Assembly: GCA_036785375.1 (NCBI GenBank)
Contig: JAWMAR010000033.1
Span: 7,254,001 to 7,318,000 of the forward strand
DNA: 64,000 nucleotides
Reading direction: 5' to 3'
From: Leucoraja ocellata
Lineage: Eukaryota
The position numbers and the translations under genes are program-made. This document shows, piece by piece, positions 13,201 to 25,200 of the stretch. The notes beneath the pieces were generated by a model. The model had not been told where the DNA came from. It worked only from the letters and a program-made list of their open reading frames with translations, and searched no databases. Every line of letters starts with the position of its first letter. Position 1 is the first letter of the stretch.

Positions 13201-16200
13201 GAGGAACATGTCCTTGTCTACCTTCCAAATAATATCAAATTCACCACGTACAGGTAACTCAATTTTTCCTGTTGTATTAGAACTAGCGTAGTTCAGGTGT
13301 ATGCAGAAATATTACGTTTTTCGCTTTCAGACACTGCCTGATCTACTGATTATTTCTAGCATTCTCCTTTTGACTTTAGATCTCACCCATAGCTCTGACC
13401 TATATTTTGCAGCTTTTACATATCCCCAATTGATTGTTCTCCCTTTAACTGCCCACATTAGTCAACCAGATAATTTCATAAAAAGTGAAAATCACTTCTG
13501 TGATTCCAACCTCATCCCATCATATTATTTTTGTCCTACCTAGCTCTCCCCACCCTCTGTAATGAAAAGATTATCTTGACTCTGATGGTTAACTTTTTTT
13601 TACTGCAGCTGCTATCCGACCTGCTGATGGTTTCCATCATTTTCCCACTTTTATTTCAGATATCCAGTTTGTTTATAATTGGCATCTTAAAGAATCAATC
13701 CGAATAAATTAAAAACAAAAAAAATAATACTTTAATACTTAATCCATTGACCAAAGACAAACACAGCTGGAAAAAAACCTTGCAAAGTGGGAACTTGGAT
13801 AACTAAAATTTTCCATAGAACACTGCCGTATTGCTATTTTATTTGCAGGCAGATGATGCGAGCCATTCATTTATGATGGTGGTAAAATATTTCTATTATT
13901 TGTCATTCGGAATTTTTAGTTTGAATGTTCCAAAATGTTAGATATGATTTTGTCTGCACAGTGATGTTTTTTTCAAAAAGACATGCAAAGATTGACCCAG
14001 TTACACTGATATAGAGAGTTCTGTCATGTATGTGAATAATGATAATGGTTATACATAAATAGCTTTGGGGACAGCTATAAAATGATCTTACTTCTCTGGA
14101 ATGCAGGATGACTAACAAGAATAAGAATAACTTCATAAACAGGTGGAAAAGTTTTAATTGATTATATCCCTTAAAAGCATCCATTAGAACTGTAAAATTA
14201 GATGGAGAAAAATGATCTATTTGAAAAATATGCTCTTGCCAACCGCACTTATACCCGAGTTAGCAGCTCTGAAATGTTCAAATAAAAATGAATCTATTAC
14301 AATATTGCATGAATAATATGAAATAACTAATATGGTTTGAATAACAACCACAATACGGTTAAGCAGCAACTGGACAGTCGTAGAATGAGAAGCAGTAATA
14401 CAAACAAAAAAAGTCAGATATGCAGGGAGATGTTAAGACGTTCTTGCATACTACAGTTCCAAATATTGTAATGTAAAAAAAAAAAAACAGAAACAGCAAA
14501 TGCAAGAAATTGAAAAAAAAAATGCTGGAAACACTCAGCAGTTCTGATACACTGCTGCTCGGGAATTTTGTCCTTCAAGACGATGGTTGAAATTCAGGAT
14601 GAATTCTTCATTACATTTTTTTTTTTTTGGCTATTCTTTTTTAGGTTTAGAAAATAATGGGCAGCATTTGTCAAAGTGTCTTATGTGCTCTCCCAGCAGA
14701 CACGAGATCTAATGATGTTCTCTTGCATTAAAGGGAAGGAGTATGTTGTAACCAAGACTACTTGCAACTGGTTTCCAGTTATATTCACAGACTGGTGATA
14801 TGTAGGCCAAGATTAAAGAGACATGGGCTTGCCTTCACAAAGGCGACTCATCATCATATGCACTTGATCCTAGAGGTTTCTTAGAAAGAAGCACTCAAGT
14901 GAAGATATTTCCTGTTTTTAAACACAGATACCAGGTATGCAATTATTGAAAAGGCAAAATGGATGCCAAATCACACAGATCCAAGAACAAGCCTTTTCTA
15001 TTTTCTCAAGTGCTTAATGTTGGTCTAATCACCTCTGCAATGGAATCTCAAAAACATAGCCCAAAATCTTTTAGTCTACTCAGGTTTTGCTGATATGAAA
15101 ATGAACCCTCAGCATTTTTCAAACAAAGCATTTTGCTGCTTATGACGATCCACTTTGTGAGTAAAACTATTTCCATTAGAGAGTAAGCAAATCAAACAAA
15201 CTCTAGTTGTCATAAGTGGGTAAACATGAGCAACAAGTCGGTAACAAGACAGATTGATGAGTGGTCGGAAGTGCACATTTTCATGGCTGTGGTACATCAG
15301 CACCAGCTCTTCCTCCACTCCACCCTGCCTTCCTACCTAACAAGGAAAAGGAGCAGGGTACAGATGTGAGGAGCCAATGGTGAGCATCACTCTTATGCAA
15401 CCTAGCAGCAGGTCAGAGCTCACTACACAACAGCAATGTGTTTCATTCAATGATGAGGAATATATGTAGGATTAATTTTAATAATATTGTTTTTCTTGCC
15501 CATAACATATGCAATTACATGCTAAGATGTAATATATTAATTTAAATTCCAGCAGATCCATCAATAGCTTCAGGTAGAATTTTACTGTAATCGGTCACAT
15601 GCAATGTTAAAGTTGAACTTTAAAGTAGCCATCTTAGCACCTTGGAGCTGCTGCGGGGTTACAAAAAAAAAATTTGATGATCTTTCTAACCAACAGTGTG
15701 ATTCCAAATACCTTTCAGCTTCATTTTTTTTTTAATTCTGGGATCCCACTTGTTTGATCAATCTGAACTCCCAATATGAATATGAATTACCGGAAAGAAA
15801 AGAAAAAGCAGGCATGTTTACCTTTTTCTCTTCCAGACACGTTTTGGTTTTTGCCCTTTGTTTTAGAGCAGAGGGAGGACTATCACTGAAAGTGATCTGC
15901 GGATGTACTGGCATTTCCCCTCTGCGTAGAGGTGTATTGGATGGTAACCTCTTATCAAACAGCTCGGGCGTCAGCTCTCCGCCAAAAGTCACCTTTTTCT
16001 TTTGTGTCAGTTTCCTGCAGCTTGTAGACAGAATGCAGTCTTGCTCCTCTGTAGGAGTAGAATCTAAAATACAAGAATTACAATAATATGTTCTTGCCTT
16101 AGCAAATCAACCAATTCCTAACCAAAGATTTTGTTTTGTAAAAGAAAGTCAGTGCCAGTGTCCAATTAAAGGCAACTGACAATATCACAGCAGGAACACA

Positions 16201-19200
16201 AAGATAGGTCAGAAGATTGCATGGCTGAAGGGATGGGCACTTAGGAGATTGGTTCAAAAGATTATGGCCCTTGCAATCCAGAGTAAGTTAGCACACAGAA
16301 CCCAAAACAGGCTTGGAAACAGAATGTTTTTTAAAAATGTGTTTGCAAATGGATGTCTATGATTAGTGGCATCCTACTAAGTAAAGAGGTCATTCTCTAT
16401 CGTTATAAAACCTTGATCAGACCTTAGCTGGAATACTTCCTGTATGCAGTTTTGGCCACAAGGCTTTAGGAAGGATGTGATAGCATCTTGGAATACACAT
16501 ACTTTCATTTGTATACTAACAACATCCATTAACAAATAGGTGTACCCAAGCACCATATCATGCATCCTCTACCTACCTATTTGCCATATACCAGAGAGGT
16601 GTGGCAGTTCTGGAGCAGAATTATTATTGTCATCCTGAAATGTGCCCATGAATGCTGCCATCTTACTTTTCATCATTGAAACTCTCTGAGATTCCTAATT
16701 TAAAAAAAAAAAAATCACACAATTATTTAATTAGTATAATTTAAAAAAAATTATTGGAGCATTGAGCAATAGTTATTATATACATATTATAATACAGATG
16801 AGTTTGTTGCTGTTCTTTTTCTACATTGTTTTCCAGACAACATAAACTGCAGAAGGAAATGGAGTAATTGAATTTCTAGCGATTATTCAAATGTACCTGC
16901 ATCTTCTGTTTGGCAATATAGCAAATAAGACTATTGGTCTCTGGGGATCCTCTGGCTCCAACAGAAGACACTCTCCGTGAGCATATTTTTCTCCCTTCAG
17001 AGAGTATTCCTGCAACACAAGTTTGGGAAAATATCAAGTAGATCTTGGGCAGCAAAATGAAGCAGCAGTCTTAACTTGATGTGTTATTTCAGAGACAAAA
17101 GGCCCAAACACAAACTTTCAAATTTGTCCAGAAAAGACATTGAAGGAGTAAGTACCCTTCCAATCAGTGATAATCAGTAATATGGTCACAAGGAAAGAAG
17201 ACGCACCTAAACAAAACATTGCAGATGGTTAAAAAAAAGTTATGTTTAAATTTTTAATTATTCAGCAAATTGTATAATTAGTGGTCCCTGTTGTGTTACC
17301 TTTGACAGATGAAGATCAAATAATCAAACAGAGTCATTAATATTCCCAGTATATAAACGTCTTTGAGTTTATAATCCTTAAATTTAAGAATGGAAATCTG
17401 GAGGACCATAAAACCAACAGTCTAGTCTGGCTTAGTTTTTTCTAAAGGACACTGCAGTGGAACGCTTCCTTTGTAAAATAAAATCTACCTGCTGTCTTAC
17501 TGGATGAGCAAGCACAATATTTGCAGTTTATTTTCTCTTTAAATAATTATTCGAGCGACGACTTCATAATCTACAAGTCAATAACATTATTATTGAGCTG
17601 ATTGTACTACAGTTCGTTTTAACCAAATAATTCCTTTCAAGGAAACATCTTAGAAATGTTCCAAAGCACTCATAGGTTTATTGGAAGGGTGATCAATTGG
17701 TGAAACAAAATGCTCACGGCACCATTAAAAACAGTTAAACAAATACCATTAATGAACTTCTCAACTAATTTTACACTATTATTGAATAGTAATTGCAGGA
17801 TTACAAGCCTTGTAATGTTGCAGTGTACAATGTTCAATGTCCTACATGGAAACAAAACTTTAAAATATTTATTACCAATAATAATGAACGCCTTTCTCAC
17901 CAGGGACTAACTGTACAGAACGTTTTTCCTTCTATTATTTATTACGTAAAATAATATGTGTGATTGTGTTTAGAATTTGTTTGGTTGTTTTGTTGTTCCG
18001 TGAGCATTGCCACTTTCATTTCACTGCACATCTCGTATGTGCATGTGACAAATAAACTTGACTTGACTTGACTTGATTGAATATCCAAGCCCAGGTAACA
18101 TTCAGAACAAGGAAACCTTGCAGTGCAAATGACCTTACTCTCATCCCAAATAACACAATCCAAGGACAAGATCTGTATTTTTTTTCTTACTTCAGATCAG
18201 TATTTTACTACCTGCTGAATTCAGGCTAAACGGTTCTGCTGTCATTTTCCACTGATTTGCAGCATTCATTGAAATATCCAGTGAAGGGGGTGGTGTTTTT
18301 GTAGCACAGGATTTGGATTGCTCCTTGTCCACATTCACTAAGCAGTCATGATGTCGATATGCAGTATTTTCAGAATCAATCTCGCTGATAGTATCATAGT
18401 CACCAGGTGTTGCTGGAAAGGAAGTCCAGGTCTCACCATCTCCACCAATTGCTTGAACTGTGGGTTCGACAGAAGAAAAAAGACAACCAATCTTTACCAA
18501 CCACTACAGATGGTGTGAACAAATTTAAAAAGACCGTTACCAGGTAAAAACAACTTCAATAAATTAAAATGTTTACATAATAGAAGTTGTGGAATTGTGT
18601 TCAAAGTTCGGCCATAGCCTTTATTAAACTGCAAATGAGCATAATGAAAATTGGCCACTATACCACTCGGATAGGGAGGAAGAGGTGGGAAAAAGAGATA
18701 ATGCTGCTATACATTAGTGTAACTTCTACAAATACATGTTTGGTAAAGATAGGTTAGAATCAACAGGAGCTCTCTGTAGCAAAATAACATTCAAATGCAC
18801 TGCATAGTATTTTAACTGAGGATACTTAGGGAAAGTTTTTGAGACGACTGATGCCCAAGTAAGAGCATCCCGATAAGATTCAGCAAGCTCCAGATGTTAG
18901 GAAAGATGTATAGGTAATCGGGTTTCATCCAATTCGTTGATACCCATTTATTTTCAGAATTTTCACCACCCCTATTTTACAGACCAGCTCCCCCCATTAT
19001 CCCACCAACCTACCCGGCTGTTCCTTTAATGAGGGCATTTCATCTTTCAGCTATGTTCTTGGTGTTCATCGTATTGTAAGCGTGCATGCAAAACTCTACT
19101 CTTATTGAAAATGCAATTAGATCGATACAGTTTACCTTCAGTTTCCCAAGTAGCAGATTTACAAGGAAAATTAGGTGGTGTTCTGTCTTCAGAAGGTGTT

Positions 19201-22200
19201 CGGTCTTCAGAAGGCAAGTCCAATTCTGTGGGTGTTATAACTGGCACATCCACATTGGCTGTTTCACAGGTTTCTTCTTGATAGGCAGACAATTGTACTC
19301 CAAGCTGAGAGTTCACTAGTTTGGTGAATTTCAACATTTTCCTTTCATTTAAAGTTTGCACAGGACTGTGCCTATTATTTGTAACTGATGGATGTTTAGG
19401 AGAGAGCTGGTCTGTTGTTTGATCTAGGTTTTCAACTGATGATAATTTTATTTCACGTAAAGTACCAGCTCGTGATTTCCTTTTACCTGTTAATAAGGAA
19501 AGTTATTTCTTTACATTACTAACAGCAATTGCAATAAATTAATTGAATAGTTATTCCAACATCTTTGATCACTTGACTGCCAGTAATTTACTGCACTTTA
19601 AAACATGAAGGCTTTGCACAAATGCACGTTTTTTATACAGTATTAACAATATTGAAGAGTTGGATTTTCTTTGCATAAATGAAGTGTTGCTAAAATAGTA
19701 CATGCTTTTAGCTAGATAACATTTGGACAACAATCTGCAGCCTTGGACTCTTAACCAGAAGTGGAAACACTGGTACCCTACAGCGCAGCTTAGCTTAGAG
19801 AAAACCCATTAAGGAAACATGCAGAGGCTGCCTGTGAGTGATAGTGCTGTCAGTGCAGTTGTTCAGCATTGAGATGCAGGGCTGAAGACGAACCCCTGCC
19901 AACGCGCGCATTTACTGGAGAGCAGCAGCAGATGCTTCAGATGTTGCTAAATCGCCCAAATCCAACGGTCTCTTTCATCATGTCCTGTTGGGTATGGTAG
20001 AAGCAACGGTTGCTTCCTCTGTTTGGCTGCACATCTCTCCCCAGCCTGGAGATTTTCCACGGTAACAAACATAATGGTGGTTGATGGCCATTGAGGTTGT
20101 CAGAGATAGATTCCGTGGGCTGGGGAGAGATGGAGTGCCATACAAATAGATGAGAGGTGGCTGCGGGAGGTAAAAGCCAGCAGGGGCTGCAGGTCATGGT
20201 GTTGGAACATGGGATAGTAATGAACTAAATACTACCTTTGATTACTTTCAAAAGGAGCTGATGAGAGAGATTGTAGGATTTAGACAGTCAATCATAATGG
20301 AGCAGGTACTACTGCCCAAGCCCATCAAATACCAGCCCTCTCATTGCTTCTATAGAAACGTAGAAAATAGGTGCAGGAGTAGGCCATTCGGCCCTTCGAG
20401 CCTGCACCGCCATTCAATATGATCATGGCACCACTCCTACTATGACTCATTCCACACCAGGCCGTAGAAGTGGTAACCTCACAAATCAGCTCATTGAGGC
20501 AGGAGCACCAGCAGAGGGCCAAGCCTTCGATCAGTTGCCGGCAGTGTTGTGCACCATCAGGGAGGTAGGTGTCCACACCAGGCTCCCAACACATCATTGC
20601 AGTCAGTGGCTGATTTCAACGATCACTTAGTGCTGATTCCACTGACTCTCTAGTTCCCAAGAATGAGTGGGTAGTCTAAGGAGTTGGGACCAATGAGAAA
20701 TGTATTTATGCAGAGACTGTAAATCTTTGCAATTCTATTCCTAAGGGGGCACTGGATGCTCAATTGTCGTATATATTCAATTAAGGGGGAAAGCATATTT
20801 CTCTACATTGATATAAGAGGATATGGGAACATTGTGGACTTCAGATACATAAGCCACGATATTGAATTCAGATCAAACTGCTGCCTGGCCTATTCTTACT
20901 TGGATTCTTATGAGCTTACCAGGTACATTCCTCCTTGCTCTTCTTTCCTTGGGGTGAGGCACTTGCAATATAAAATCCTTCAAATGTAAAAATAATACAT
21001 TAAAATGTACTCCAAACAAATACCACTATGTGTTTAACAACTACCTCATGTTCTCACTTGTTTGCAACTGTAAAAGGTACAAGGGCGCAGGAAACAACTC
21101 AATGTGAAGACACTGAATGCTCCATTCATTATTACAATGCAGGAGGCCATTCAGCCCATACTAACAGAAACAAGGCAATTAATAAATGTTAGTATTTGCT
21201 CTCATATACATGATTAAATATGTCAATGTTTGATATATAAAATATTATACACAAACAGCCCTTGGATAGGATTTGTACAATTATCTGCCCATACCTGTAA
21301 TAATTTGGGCACAACAATTGCAATGAAACTGTTACCTGTCTTCACGCTTCATTCCGATTGAATACCTTCAATATGATATTCATTCTTGGAGCGTTCTAAT
21401 GCCAGTTCCCTGAAAACCATATTTTGGTGATATCAGCAGGTTGGAAAATAGTAGGCAAGCCCAAGCTTGTTCTGGTTTAAACCATCAAATTCCCTATCTC
21501 TGTACCAATCAACAATGTGATTAAGAATACAGAAATAGGTAGTGAAAAAGGCCAATTTATTTTCCTATCACTAGCCCGGATACCCTGAAAATCATTATGA
21601 CCAGATAGAGAACATTAGGCTCAGCATATACCAGGGATGATGAACCATGGAAAACCTCAAATCCTATGGTGTGCATTGCTCAGTACCATCATAGTAATGA
21701 AGCTACTCACAGGCTCAATCTTTTAATAAAGACTCAACCTTTAAAATCACTCATTTAAAAAAAAAAAAAAGACATACCTGTTCTGCTACATATTTGGCAG
21801 ATCCTAAAGTCAAGTTTTCAAAATTCTGGTCCTCAAACCTGCACAACCAATTAAACAAAAATAAGTACTTTTTAAATTAAAAATCAAAGTAACCTAAATT
21901 CTAAAACAAAACTTCAAATCTTTCTGCTGCATCTGTCACTTTATCAGGTAAACCAAACATGTTGGACCTCCTTAATCCTCAACTATCCATGCAATTTCCA
22001 AGATGATTAGCAGCATCATTGAAAACAAAATGGCAATGACTTTGGATGAAGAAATAACAGATTTGTAGATAAACTGCTTAATCTACAGTTCTTTTTTTGT
22101 GTATGATCAAGATAAAACAAAAATGTTTTTGGCTATTTGTTCAACTTCAAAGCAAATCCTGACTATTTGATATCCACAAACAATATATAAAGTTTTTGTG

Positions 22201-25200
22201 CAAGCCTTCAGGTTTCTACACCCAAGGAATCAAGCACATTGCCTACTTTATGGCAGCAACCAACTTCAGTTATTTGATGAGGCCAAGAACAAACTCAAGA
22301 ATTGCTCAATTTGGATCAGAATTGCCATCTCAAATCGGTAATTACATCATTTAGACAAGTCTCTACCTGTTATTTGCATCACTAAACACGAGAACCTATG
22401 TTAATTATGAAAAGATGTGTAGTTATTACCTGTCAGATTCACTTAAAGTTGTAATAAATGTTTTCATCAGGTTAACATCACATACATTTCCATTCAAAGG
22501 TGCAGCATTATTTAGATTTTTTGAATTCACCTGGAGAAAGGTAAATATAATTTATTAAAAGGTAAATCTGATATCACTTTCATCACTATTTAACAAAGTA
22601 TTCATTTCTCGCATATTGTTATTTAGCCAGAATACCCAATATCTTAAAGTTAATAGAAACCAACGCAATTGCACCAATTTTCCTTCTAATCATTGTTCAA
22701 AATTATTGCTAAAAGAATCTCATAATATTGCATTACAAGCGAGTTTCTTTTTTTAGATTAGTCCATTGTTACAGAATGTATGCAAAATAACAACAAAATG
22801 GGTTTCTTATCAACACATCAAAATCAAACACCATCTTTAAAACATAGAATACATTTCATTCTAGCCTTTATCCACCCATTCAAGGTTTGGTGACTACAAG
22901 TGAGTAAAATACAAAGACAAACATTTATAAAAGTTTGAAATATTATGCTTAATTACAATCCTACTTCAACTGCTCTTTTGAAGTAGACCAAGTCAGATAT
23001 AGTCATTTTGAATTAGCATTGAAATAGTTGCGAGCAGTAGGCTTTCAATGATAAGATAAATTTGAAAGACTTTTTGAAAATTTGAAACCCATGTTATAAC
23101 ACATGGGTTGAAGCATTCACTGCTCCCTATAATAAACATATAGTTATTTTTGCATAACTACACTGTACATAGCTACCACCTTCCTTATACGTTAATGTCA
23201 ATGTGAACAATACCCATGTCTAACCTTCCATCTTGCAATATCTGGAAAACAAATGCAACTACAAATATTTCAAATCTGTTTTACACAATAAATAATACCT
23301 AACAATCATTTTTCACTCATTATATTTTACTGTTTATCATTCATGTAAACAGAATCAATCTATCTAAAAATCAGCACCAGGATCATACAAGTATTCTTCC
23401 ATTCAATATCACCTCTTGCTCTACAAATATACGTTAGTATAAGCATTTAGTCACAGTGGCAGCAATACTTACTTCATTGTTCTCATACATTTCTAATTGG
23501 TAATGTTCTCCTGCCAAATCAATGTCCTTGGTGATCTCATCAAATTTTGACCCCCTTTAAAAAAAAAGGCAGGTGGGAAATGATATTCACAATAGTATGC
23601 AATACATCAGATATGCCAAACTTTATCTAGAATCAATATCCTCACCGGCTTACATTGTTAACTGCAATGTTCAGTGCTGAAACTATCTGCACATAGGAGG
23701 AGGAAAATAAGTCAAACTGACAAAATGTCAAAAGTGGTTGGTAGACAATGATTATCTGCTGGATCTGACATCATTGGCACTCAATAAAAAAACCTCAATG
23801 GGGATAAACACAGTAGGTGCCATTAACATTCTTCGCTTCCAAATTTAGTCTCCACATGGCAACATTCGTCTGATATTTCAAACCAGGACGATATTGGAAC
23901 ACAAATGAATATTAAAATGTTCTATTCAACGGCAAAAGCTGCTGACGCTGGAAAGATAAAGGAAAAAAGTGCTTTCAAAAACTGAGTTTAAAGCTTTGCA
24001 AATTTTATGGCCAATATTTCTCTGTCAGTCAGCAGCGAAACAAAATTGGCCATAAAACTGCAGAAGCAGTAATTTTGTGCAAAATAAATAGGAGAAACTT
24101 GTGCCTAACATGCAAATAATTAATTAATCATTAATGATGCACTGTGTGATACATATAAGATTTACCTAAATAATTTTAACTGAGAACTTATTTTGGGTGC
24201 CGATGAGTAGTACAACGTGGAAAAATTGAATCACTCTTTCAGTACAAATTGCTGTAATTAACAAAGATCATATACGAGGTTTAAAAGTTTTGATTTCAAA
24301 TTATGTAACCTGCATAACATTTTTATTTATCCCACAATATAATTTTCACACGTGCACACATGTCAAATGTTGAAAACAAGATTAACATAACTTAATCCTT
24401 CCAGTCAAGATGATGTTGGGAAGGGATATTTCAGGATTTAGGTGCAATGATGAGTGAGGAACACCAATACATTTCCAAGCCAGGATGACGTGTGCCTTGG
24501 ATGCAACCAAGAGATAGTTGAGATTCCTCCTACATGCTGCCCTCATCCGACAAAGAAATCTGACCTGAAATGTTGCCTGTCCATTTTCATAAGGTGTGAA
24601 AACGATCAAAGCAGACAATGATCATGGAGGAAAAGACACAAAATGCTGGGGTAACTCAGCATCTCTGGAGAGAAGGAATGGATGACATTTTGGGTCGCGA
24701 CCCTTCTTCAGACTGAGTCATGGAGGGGAGACTAGGGACATGATAGGGTTAGGTGTGAAAACAGATAAAAGCAGATGATGATAGAAGAGGCCCTAACTCG
24801 TATCTCCTCGGAACACCGCAGCTCCGCTCTTGCTCCCCTTCCCCCCAGTCGCAAAGGAGATAGTCCCCCTAAGTCCTCACGTTTGACCCCATCGGTTGTC
24901 GCATACAGCACATTTTCACCGCCTCCAACAGGACCCTACCGCTAGCCACATCTTTGCAGCTCGACCCCTTTCCAGAGACAGTTTCCTCTGCAACTCCCTG
25001 GTTAACTCATCCCTTCCCACCCAAACCACCCCACCCCTACACATGCACTTTCCCCTGTAATCACAGAAGATGCGACAACTGTCCCTCCTCCCTCGACACC
25101 GTCCAAGGACCCCGACAGTCCTTTCAGGTGAGGCCGAGGTTCACTTTCACTGCCTCCAACCTTATCTACTGTATCCACTGTTCCAGGTGAGGGCTACTAT

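Noticed and set aside
15822-16063. Calling the gene MKI67 from the PP1-binding motif
   Set aside because: There is no Ki-67 repeat exon, and CDCA2-specific motifs (GARGSPETN, SKKPLLSPIxE, RRRSF) are present.
21336-21409. Exon-like segment with good splice sites in a CDCA2 intron
   Set aside because: Stop codons in all three frames; not included in the CDS (could be a poison exon, but unsupported).
23087-23110. Short palindrome AACCCATGT-TATAAC-ACATGGGTT
   Set aside because: A single 9-bp stem without supporting context; plausible by chance or as a tiny transposon scar.
24166-24251. Candidate first coding exon of CDCA2
   Set aside because: In-frame TGA and no ATG in the frame that joins the next exon; treated as a decayed or non-coding exon.
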